DNA of 52,237 nucleotides, taken from Pseudomonadota bacterium (GTDB taxonomy: Bacteria; Pseudomonadota; Alphaproteobacteria; Acetobacterales; Acetobacteraceae). Positions 8,501-15,118 of the stretch are shown here, in pieces (within the stretch, counting starts at the first letter, position 1; each line of letters opens with the position of its first letter). Position numbers and translations under genes: made by a program. The stretch covers positions 1 through 52,237 of the forward strand of contig JAGXAE010000001.1 of the NCBI GenBank assembly GCA_018971725.1, given 5' to 3'. Below the pieces are notes generated by a model. It did no database searches and had not been told where the DNA came from. It saw only the letters and a list, made by a program, of their open reading frames with translations.

Positions 8501-8977
8501 CATCCAAAGTAACAAGGCATGCGCGCGGGAAAGGCCGTTCTTGCGGCTTTGGCTGGAAGCGGCGGTCCATGGGTCGCGGAAAATATGCACCACATGCGGC
8601 TTGTGTCCGGCTTGTTTGGCCACGCGCTCGTAAAGCGGCAGGGTGCGGCAGAGATGCGGATGCTTCAAGCCCCAGAGCCGGTCTTCCTGGCTGAAGCGGC
8701 GGCGCAGAATTTCGTCGAGCTTCGTGGCCTGCGGAGCGATGTCGGCCCGGTCCAGCCAGCCCTCTGGCAGGCCGCGCACGTCTGTCCAATCCACGCCGAG
8801 GCGGTTGAACAGATGCACATCCAGCTCGATCAGCTCCGGAATTTCGTAGAAACCGAGAGGATTATGCTCGTTTGGGTCGGCATCGTTATAGAATTTTACG
8901 CCTGCCCGTTGCAGTGCCCCGGAAAGTGCCGAGGTGCCGCTGCGGTAATAGCCGACGATGAAGATTGCGTCGCTCAT
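5549..8977 (-). CDS. sulfotransferase-family domain fused to GT2 glycosyltransferase domains (FgtA-like flagellin modification enzyme)
   Basis: N-terminal IFIVGYYRSGTSAL, NPLGFYE, LKHPHLC, FRDP, TYHDLL; GT2 block YVAILNAGD..DMIYSDE..KPGWD..YIGD..GGFD..EYDLQLRF; second degenerate GT2 (DLCAQLRASGARLVWTP); C-terminal GT-B-like region; AAGGAG RBS. Confidence 0.8.
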   Translation of the reverse strand: MSDAIFIVGYYRSGTSALSGALQRAGVKFYNDADPNEHNPLGFYEIPELIELDVHLFNRLGVDWTDVRGLPEGWLDRADIAPQATKLDEILRRRFSQEDRLWGLKHPHLCRTLPLYERVAKQAGHKPHVVHIFRDPWTAASSQSRKNGLSRAHALLLWMSYATDAERQARHLPRCWLTYHDLLAEPATQLRRIEAALGLTLQSPDGDKLAEASAYLTGQLNRSEKLPSTDLSRPLRGLVTRAWEAILDRDFRPELWDGLAAETADLTGFLNEIGTSRGRALPAFGGALHPAADPTSTATTALRPAERTDEGAKARLEAQRDAAGKLPLLAVLIAAPAGRAAAVNDTLESLRGQWLPPHCIKVLAADTLALEGVSIIAVPPEPEAMTRRLCAELNASAEEADYVAILNAGDIIAPDGCLRFALLAARTKADMIYSDEIVPREGGGWVRHKPGWDVTRLRQAAYIGDWVWYGAEALRMAGGFDPEWAGAEEYDLQLRFALQGARVERLPEPVFTRRPHSKRDDIAPELFCARAAEALSRHLAASGMKAQVQNRQHPGLFHHVHVTEDPGTTIIMQCDGAEIPLLDNWLTALLSGKPLTGPVILAGAELSPQMQTYLAAVMAQRDALEGKVLAVIATSKGAALAQAVALAETELVAVLDARMQEVTPHWLEGLRGKLADPGVAAVAARSLGPLGTNGKQVLGPIVIGADARLGAGHGPTAPGPGGWLLVDQEASAISPPGLLARRAALAACNVATHLHGDALWLDLCAQLRASGARLVWTPDVTITMPADALPAADAECTFRTGSPAARALPAADLYHHPALSLHGDLLAPELRTGLVKASPQDPANLLLSGDAAQAGAALNAARAMRHAGLMEADWVHGLPSAADLARRAPEAWVRVNPLHAPHPNSPPYTALFTAMPEPDALPALAAATRVFATSPGLAANLRKLAPRNLPVELWRPALSTRYWRAFEAGKGLNTKPRVLWIDEGFAPPWFQDLVSETLELASWMVIERPGAQYSGAVARLTPPENELGWASLLAQTGPQIMLRPAAAETHADHYPALLAAAAGCRLIIDSRLDALASLGALRLPNRKQDWLAALQNAVADLPETLRQGVKARAAALALPTLEQEPPGWTRPATLPAFASAAE

Positions 8978-8989
8978 GCCAAGGAGTCC

Positions 8990-10201
8990 TCAAAGATACT
9001 TGAACAGGCTGAGGCTTTGCGCCGTGCCGAAGGTTTTCATCGCCGCCTGCACGGCGGTCATGGTCTGGTCCAGCGCCGAAATGGCGGCTGGCATGTCCAC
9101 GGCGGTGGCGTTGTTCACCGTGGTTTGCACCGCCGTTTGTTGCGTGGTGTTACTGCTGGCGGCGTTGGAAAGCGCCTGCAATGTCACCCCGTTCTGCGCC
9201 TGCGCGGTGGTAACGGTCTGCTGGTATTGCGCCAGCCCGGCGAGGCTTTGGTTGAGAAGCTGATTGGTTTGCGCCACCTGCGCGGGCGTAGCCTGGGCGC
9301 TGCCAAGGGCTGTGGAGATTTGCTGGAGCAGCGCGAAGGCCGATTGCGGGCGCGCGGGCGCGATGGTGAAGCTGTCACCATTCGCCGGGGCGCCGGTGAT
9401 CTCGTAATTCACTCCGGCCAGTTGCAGATTTGTCTGGCCGCCGCTGTTCAGCGTGCCGGTGGAAATGGTGGTGCCGCCTTGTGTCGCGGTATAGCTGGTG
9501 GTGTTGCCGGCCACCGCGAAGGCAACCGTGATGGGCGCGTTGCCCTGCCGGAAGGCGTTGGCCGCCGCGACGTTCACGAGGCCCTGCTGAAGGATCTGCC
9601 CGCTGCCGCCATTGCCCGTATTGGCGGTGACCACCGAGGTGCCGTCTCCGGCGAGGGCAGAGGTGAAAACATCGCCATTCACCAGCGTGTTTGCCGTGTT
9701 GCCCTGGCCGATGGTGGCCTGGCCCTGCCCGGAATCACCGAAATAGGCGATGTTACCGCTGGCATCGGGCTGGAAGGGCGCCAGCGTGCCGCGCGACCCG
9801 CCGAACAGATAGCTGCCATTGGGGGCGATGGTGTTGCCTGCGGACAGCAATTGCTTCGACGCGCTTTGCACCTGCAAGGAAAGCGCATTGAGGTTTTGCG
9901 CATTGGTGGTGCCGCTGAGCGCCTGCAACACGATGGACTGGACGTTATCCAGCAGCGAGGTTACCGAACTGTAAGCGTTATTGGCGGCGCCTAGCTGCGT
10001 TTGAATCGCGGCCTGGGTGGTGTTGTCGTTGCTCAACTGGCTGATTTGGTCGTTGCCGAGTGCTGCTGTTTCATACGCGGCGGGGTTCTGGTCGGGCGTC
10101 TGCACTTTCAGCCCGGTGGAAATCTGCTGCTGCAACGCGCTTATCTGCGCTTCCTGCGCTGTCAGCGTATTCGTGAAATTACTGTAGAACGACAACTCCA
10201 T
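8990..10201 (-). CDS. flgL: hook-filament junction protein FlgL
   Basis: QQQISTGLKVQTPDQNP, NGSYLFGG, C-terminal VDMPAAIS..SLSLFKYL. Confidence 0.93.
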   Translation of the reverse strand: MELSFYSNFTNTLTAQEAQISALQQQISTGLKVQTPDQNPAAYETAALGNDQISQLSNDNTTQAAIQTQLGAANNAYSSVTSLLDNVQSIVLQALSGTTNAQNLNALSLQVQSASKQLLSAGNTIAPNGSYLFGGSRGTLAPFQPDASGNIAYFGDSGQGQATIGQGNTANTLVNGDVFTSALAGDGTSVVTANTGNGGSGQILQQGLVNVAAANAFRQGNAPITVAFAVAGNTTSYTATQGGTTISTGTLNSGGQTNLQLAGVNYEITGAPANGDSFTIAPARPQSAFALLQQISTALGSAQATPAQVAQTNQLLNQSLAGLAQYQQTVTTAQAQNGVTLQALSNAASSNTTQQTAVQTTVNNATAVDMPAAISALDQTMTAVQAAMKTFGTAQSLSLFKYL

Positions 10202-10220
10202 TTTTGGATTCCTTCAGCCT

Positions 10221-10661
10221 TCAAGCTATTGTTTCGGTCTTGCCGTGGATATTCCGCGCCAGATGCGGCAGGTCTCGCGCCGCGCGTTCCTCAGCGATGG
10301 TCTTTTCCAGCCGCATTGCGCTGTCCAGGCGTTCCTGCAAAAGCCGCCGGCGGGCGCGTAATTCCGCTAGGGCGGCGACGCACTCGGTCTGTTTCGCTTG
10401 TTCGGCGGCAAGTGCCTGGATGAGTTGCGACACCGCTGCCTCGGCATGGTTGCTGAATTGTCCGGCGCGTATCGCATCGGCGGCGCGCACCACCGCACCG
10501 CCGCGCCACAAACTGCCCAGCCGTTCCTGGTAAGAGGCAAGAACCTCGCGTTGCGCCGCGTAGCGTTGCAGGGCGGCGTTGTGCCGGTTCAAACTGTCCA
10601 GCAGCGCCGCCTCTTTCGCCGCCGCCAGCAGATCTAGCTTGGCCAATGCCTGCGGATTCAT
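10221..10661 (-). CDS. fliJ: flagellar export protein FliJ (probable)
   Basis: 146-aa coiled-coil-like protein ATGA-coupled directly after fliI. Confidence 0.7.
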   Translation of the reverse strand: MNPQALAKLDLLAAAKEAALLDSLNRHNAALQRYAAQREVLASYQERLGSLWRGGAVVRAADAIRAGQFSNHAEAAVSQLIQALAAEQAKQTECVAALAELRARRRLLQERLDSAMRLEKTIAEERAARDLPHLARNIHGKTETIA

Positions 10662-11995
10662 GCTTCGTTTCCGAACACAGCCTGCATTTTGGCCAGAGAC
10701 TCATCCAACCCCATGCGCGACGCCGCGTCTTGTTGCAGCAGGTTTTCCATGCTGGGCATGCGCTGCAAGGCTTCATCCAGCAACGCATCGCGCCCCGGCG
10801 CGTAGGCGCCGAGGTCCAGAATATCCTGTTTCTCGCGCTTTCTGGCCCAAAGCGCCCGGAAGCGCCCGGCGAGTTGCAGATGCTCTTTGGTCACCAGCCC
10901 CGGCATCGGCCTTGAAAGTGAGGCGGAAATATCGATGGGCGGGTAAATAGCCGCCTCCGCCATGGCGCGGGAAAGCACGATATGCCCATCCAGAATTGCG
11001 CGGGCCGTGTCCGCTACCGGGTCGCCCACATGGTCGTCGCCCTCCACCAGCACGGTGTAGATGGCCGTGATGGAGCCTTGCCCCGGCCCGCCATTGCCCG
11101 CCCGCTCCGCATAAGCGGAAAGTGCGCCGAACACGGAGGGCGGATAGCCCTTGTTGGCGGGCGGTTCGCCAGCCGCCAGCCCGATTTCGCGCAAGGCCAT
11201 GGCGAGGCGCGTGAGGCTATCCACCAGCAACAAAACATGTTTGCCTTCGGCGCGGAGTGATTCCGCGATGGCGGCGGCGCGATAGGCGCCATGCACGCGG
11301 GCCAGCGGCGTGTCATCAGCCGGGGAGGCGATGACCACCGCGCGCGGCCGCGCGGCGCCCAGATGGTCCTCGATGAATTCTCGGATTTCCCGCCCGCGTT
11401 CGCCGATCATCGCCAGCACCACGGCATCGGCCCGCGCATGCCGCGCCATCATGCCGAGCAGCGTGGTTTTGCCGACGCCGGAGCCGGCGAACAGCCCCAC
11501 CCGCATGCCCCGCCCCAAGGTAGCGAGTGCGTTGATGGCGGAGACGCCGACATCAAACGGCATTTCGATTCTGGCGCGAGCCATGGGGTTGATCGGGCAG
11601 CCCTGCATCGGCCAGGGGGTAAGGGCTTCGGGTGCGGCACCACCGTCCAGCGCGTTGCCGCGGGCCTCCAGAATCCGGCCCAGCAAGGCGGGGCCGGTCA
11701 TCGCCGCCATCTCGGTTGTTTCCACCCGCACCCGCGCGCCGCGCATGATGCCGCGCATGCCTTGCTCGGGCATCATCAACATCACCCCGGCCTCGAAACC
11801 AATAATCTCGGCGGCGGCCTCGCCATCCGCCTGCTCAATCATGCAGCGCGCACCTATGGGCGCATGCAGGCCGCTTACGCGCAGCATCTCGCCATTTGCT
11901 CGTAGCACGCGGCCATAGCGCCGTACGGGCGGCGTGGCGAGCGCGGTGCGCAGGCTTTCCGTGGCGCGGCGGTTCAGGCTTTCCAGCGTGATCAT
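10658..11995 (-). CDS. fliI: flagellar export ATPase FliI
   Basis: Walker A GLFAGSGVGKTT, IGERGRE, Walker B LLLVDSLTR, GEPP..KGYPPS; ATGA overlap with fliH gives start 11995. Confidence 0.96.
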   Translation of the reverse strand: MITLESLNRRATESLRTALATPPVRRYGRVLRANGEMLRVSGLHAPIGARCMIEQADGEAAAEIIGFEAGVMLMMPEQGMRGIMRGARVRVETTEMAAMTGPALLGRILEARGNALDGGAAPEALTPWPMQGCPINPMARARIEMPFDVGVSAINALATLGRGMRVGLFAGSGVGKTTLLGMMARHARADAVVLAMIGERGREIREFIEDHLGAARPRAVVIASPADDTPLARVHGAYRAAAIAESLRAEGKHVLLLVDSLTRLAMALREIGLAAGEPPANKGYPPSVFGALSAYAERAGNGGPGQGSITAIYTVLVEGDDHVGDPVADTARAILDGHIVLSRAMAEAAIYPPIDISASLSRPMPGLVTKEHLQLAGRFRALWARKREKQDILDLGAYAPGRDALLDEALQRMPSMENLLQQDAASRMGLDESLAKMQAVFGNEA

Positions 11996-12642
11996 GGCGC
12001 GGCCTCGCCCGGTAGGGCGAGCCCTGCGCGCAAGGTGGTAAAGCGGCTTTCCAGCCTGGCATCCCATTCCGCCTTGTCCTGCCTGTCGCCATCCTCGGCC
12101 AGCAGTTCCAGCAAGACGCCGCCGGGGGTGATGCTGTCATCCGGCACCAGCACCAATGTGTCGTCCGGCAGTTTGTTCCATAACGCGGGGATATCTGAAG
12201 GATGCAGATGCAGTCTTATGGTTTGGTTCATTCCGCGCTCGGCGGCGGCCTCCTTCAACAGAGTCTTTACAAGTCCGGCCAATTCAGCGCGTGCATTGCC
12301 GCTCTCCCCCCCGGCGATGTGCCGGGCAAGTTGGAAGCCCATATCCAGCACCAATTCGGCGAGGTCTTGTTCCTTCAAGGCCAAGGGTGCCGCGAACTGC
12401 GCGGCGGCTTCTTCCAGAACCGTAAGCATCCGCGTCAGTTTCTCCTGTTGCGGCGCCATCGCGGCGCGGGCGGCGGTTTCCCCGGCTTCTTTCGCTTCGG
12501 CAAAGGCGGCATCGCGCAGTTTCGTAACCTCCTGCTTCACGCGCCGTTGTATCTCCGCTTCTCGCGCGGCGATTTCGGCCGCGTCCGGCGCCAACACCGT
12601 CTGCACGAAGTCGCGGTTGCGAGAGATCGTTACGAAACTCAT
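11992..12642 (-). CDS. fliH: flagellar export protein FliH
   Basis: IRLHLHPSD, LVPDDSITPGG, DARLESR; directly upstream of fliI. Confidence 0.85.
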   Translation of the reverse strand: MSFVTISRNRDFVQTVLAPDAAEIAAREAEIQRRVKQEVTKLRDAAFAEAKEAGETAARAAMAPQQEKLTRMLTVLEEAAAQFAAPLALKEQDLAELVLDMGFQLARHIAGGESGNARAELAGLVKTLLKEAAAERGMNQTIRLHLHPSDIPALWNKLPDDTLVLVPDDSITPGGVLLELLAEDGDRQDKAEWDARLESRFTTLRAGLALPGEAAP

Positions 12643-12911
12643 CACTCAACGCCGCGCTGGTTGGAGCCGCTTGGATTGTTGAAGGCAAGGCGCAGAGATT
12701 CCATGCCGAGCCCGCCAAGCGGCGCCGCCAAAGCCAGCACCGCGCGCACCAGCAGCCCGATCGCGAAAGCCGAAAGCAGCCATGCCCCCGCCATGCCGGA
12801 GTTGGAGAAGCTTGCCGGCTCATGCGTGGCGGCCCAACCGGTCATCGCCGCGAGGCTAAGCAGAAACGGGCTGAAAAGTTTTTTGGGCTTGCGAGATTTT
12901 ACCTTGGCCAT
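12642..12911 (-). CDS. small uncharacterised membrane protein
   Basis: 89 aa filling the motB-fliH gap; AAGGA upstream; stop overlaps the fliH ATG (TGATG); basic N-terminus and two hydrophobic segments. Confidence 0.65.
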   Translation of the reverse strand: MAKVKSRKPKKLFSPFLLSLAAMTGWAATHEPASFSNSGMAGAWLLSAFAIGLLVRAVLALAAPLGGLGMESLRLAFNNPSGSNQRGVE

Positions 12912-12917
12912 ATCGAT

Positions 12918-13754
12918 TTATCCTTGCGGTTGGTCTTGCACCGGAGCGGAGGATGCAGGGTCAGGCGCATGGATAACCACCACCACTCGCCGGTTGAGGG
13001 CACGGCCCGCCGCCGTGTCATTGCTGGCGATTGGTGAGAATTCTCCGAATCCTTCCGCCGCCAAAATAGTGCCGCCAACGCCGTTGCCGACAAAAAGTTG
13101 TACAACCGCAACGGCGCGTTCAACCGAGAGCGACCAGTTTGAAGGAAATTGCGCGGTGGCGATGGGTTTATTGTCAGTATACCCCTGTACGGTGATTCTG
13201 TATCCGGCGGGCAGTTTTGTCAGCCCGGCACCAACCTGGGAAAGCAGCGTTACCGCTTCCGGCTTCAATGTCGCGTCTCCAGAATCGAACAACACGGAGG
13301 CATCAAGCTTGATCGTGAGGGTCAATGGCGCGTTGCTGATTGCGACTTGGTTTTTTTCAATCATCGGCTGGAACAAAGCGTCCAGCTTTAATTGCAGTTG
13401 TTGCAGGGTCTGAATGTCCCGCGCCAATTGCCGAGCCATCTTCTGCGGAATTTTTGCGTCCGCCGAGGAAGGTGACTCGACGCGCTTCGGGATCGGTGAA
13501 ACCTGGTGTTGCAGCACGCCGCGTGACCCGGATGGGTGCGAGACGATGACGGCGGGTGGTGAGCCGTGAAATGCCTCAATGAATGCCTTGGTGATTTCTT
13601 CCTGCTTGAACTTGTTGCGGGTGGAGGAGGCATACAGCACCACGAAAGTGGCCAGCAGCAGCGTCAATAAATCTGCATAAGAGATGATCCAGCGCTCATG
13701 ATTGGCATGCGCTTCAGGCTTCTTCTTTTTCGCGGGAAGTTTCATGCCGGCCAT
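12918..13754 (-). CDS. motB: flagellar stator B subunit (MotB/MotD-like)
   Basis: HERWIISYADLLTLL with conserved Asp; OmpA-like domain GYTDN..SNWSLSVERA..NRRV. Confidence 0.95.
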   Translation of the reverse strand: MAGMKLPAKKKKPEAHANHERWIISYADLLTLLLATFVVLYASSTRNKFKQEEITKAFIEAFHGSPPAVIVSHPSGSRGVLQHQVSPIPKRVESPSSADAKIPQKMARQLARDIQTLQQLQLKLDALFQPMIEKNQVAISNAPLTLTIKLDASVLFDSGDATLKPEAVTLLSQVGAGLTKLPAGYRITVQGYTDNKPIATAQFPSNWSLSVERAVAVVQLFVGNGVGGTILAAEGFGEFSPIASNDTAAGRALNRRVVVVIHAPDPASSAPVQDQPQG

Positions 13755-13757
13755 TTC

Positions 13758-14558
13758 TCAGGCCGCCTGGGAGGCGCCTTCAGGCACCTCCGGCTCTTCC
13801 GACGCGATCTTTGCTTTGGGCTTCTCATTCAGGAAGCTTTTCAGGGTCTGCCGGATGACGATGCCGGGCTTGCCTTCCGCCAGCAGCAAAAAGCCCTGAA
13901 TCACCACCATGCGCTCACGCTCCAGCTCCTTGGCGACGGATTTCAACCGCCCGCCCAGCGGCAGGGCGATGAGATTGGCGAATCCCACACCATAAACGGT
14001 GGCGATGAAGGCGGTGGCGATGCCTTCGCCAAGTTCGCTCGGATGGTCGAGCCGCATCATCACATGGATCAGCCCCAGCACCGCGCCCAGCACGCCGATG
14101 GTGGGGGAGTAGCCGCCCAGCGCCTCCCATACATGGCCCGGATGCTCCTGCTCACGGTCAAGATTTTCGGCGGCAATGCCAAGCATCGAGGCAAAATCCT
14201 CGATCGCCGTATTGTCCACGATCATTTGCAAGCCCTGGCGCTGGAATGGGTCTTCCACATTCGGGATCTCCTGCTCCAGCACCAGCGTGCCGAAACCGCG
14301 CGCCTTGGCGGACCAGTCCGCCACACGCTCAATGAACGCGGCCAAATCCGTTTTCGGCGGCTTAGCCAGCCACAGCACCGCCTTGAAGCCAGCGAACAGG
14401 GTGCCAAATCCGAATTGCACCAGGCAGGCTGATACGGAGCCGCACAGCACGATAATGAACGCGGTGAGATTCAGCAGTGAGGAGAGGGGCACATGGTCCG
14501 TCACCGCGCCGCCGAGGATGACGGCAACCCCGAGCAGCAGCGTAGCCAGATTTATCAA
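13758..14558 (-). CDS. motA: flagellar stator A subunit (MotA/MotC-like)
   Basis: ARGFGTLVLE, GGYSPTIGVLGAVLGLI, GIATAFIATVYGV; TTG start after GAGGAG. Confidence 0.95.
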   Translation of the reverse strand: MINLATLLLGVAVILGGAVTDHVPLSSLLNLTAFIIVLCGSVSACLVQFGFGTLFAGFKAVLWLAKPPKTDLAAFIERVADWSAKARGFGTLVLEQEIPNVEDPFQRQGLQMIVDNTAIEDFASMLGIAAENLDREQEHPGHVWEALGGYSPTIGVLGAVLGLIHVMMRLDHPSELGEGIATAFIATVYGVGFANLIALPLGGRLKSVAKELERERMVVIQGFLLLAEGKPGIVIRQTLKSFLNEKPKAKIASEEPEVPEGASQAA

Positions 14559-15118
14559 GATACAAATTCTCCTCGTTGCGCCGCATTGATATGCAGGGCG
14601 AGCGCCTCCAGCGCCCGCTTGCGCAGCCGCGAGGCGTAGCCCTCGCTGATATCCAACACGCTTGCGATTTCCCGATTATTAAGTTCGTCGTAAAAATGCA
14701 GCGCCAGTACGCGGTACTCCAGTTGCGGCAGGCCGCGCAGCGCTTCCACCAGCAAAGCGCGGTTGTCGATGCGGGTGAGCAGGCAGAGAGGATCTTCCGG
14801 CCCGCTCCCATCGTCATGCGCCGCGATCTCCACTTTTTCCTGATCGAAACTCGTCTGCCCTCGCCGGCGCGTGCCCTCGCGCCGCAGCCCGTCGATCATC
14901 GCGCCTTTTATCCGCCGCGAGGCGAAGGCCTGGAACGCAACGCCATGGCCGGGGTCGAAACGCTGCGAGGCTTCCATCATGCCGATGGCGCCCCATTGCA
15001 GCATCTCTTCCAGATCGGCCCAGGGCATGCGTGCCTTCATCAGCAGCGCCATGCGTTTGATCCAGTCGCCGTAAAGGGCGGTGAGTTCCGCCTGGCCGGG
15101 GGCGGCCGCGTCAGCCAT
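14555..15118 (-). CDS. fliA: flagellar sigma factor FliA-like (short, region 3 missing)
   Basis: Region 2 DLEEMLQWGAIGMMEASQRFDPGHGVAFQAFASRRIKGAMIDGLR; region 4 LP..EYRVLALHFYDELNNREIA; 187 aa. Confidence 0.85.
   Translation of the reverse strand: MADAAAPGQAELTALYGDWIKRMALLMKARMPWADLEEMLQWGAIGMMEASQRFDPGHGVAFQAFASRRIKGAMIDGLRREGTRRRGQTSFDQEKVEIAAHDDGSGPEDPLCLLTRIDNRALLVEALRGLPQLEYRVLALHFYDELNNREIASVLDISEGYASRLRKRALEALALHINAAQRGEFVS

Noticed and set aside
8519-9994. Long + strand ORF (491 aa) and similar antisense ORFs (20734-22227, 32762-34066, 38310-39767, 41939-43825)
   Set aside because: They lie opposite well-supported genes, lack motifs, and are expected shadow frames in GC-rich DNA
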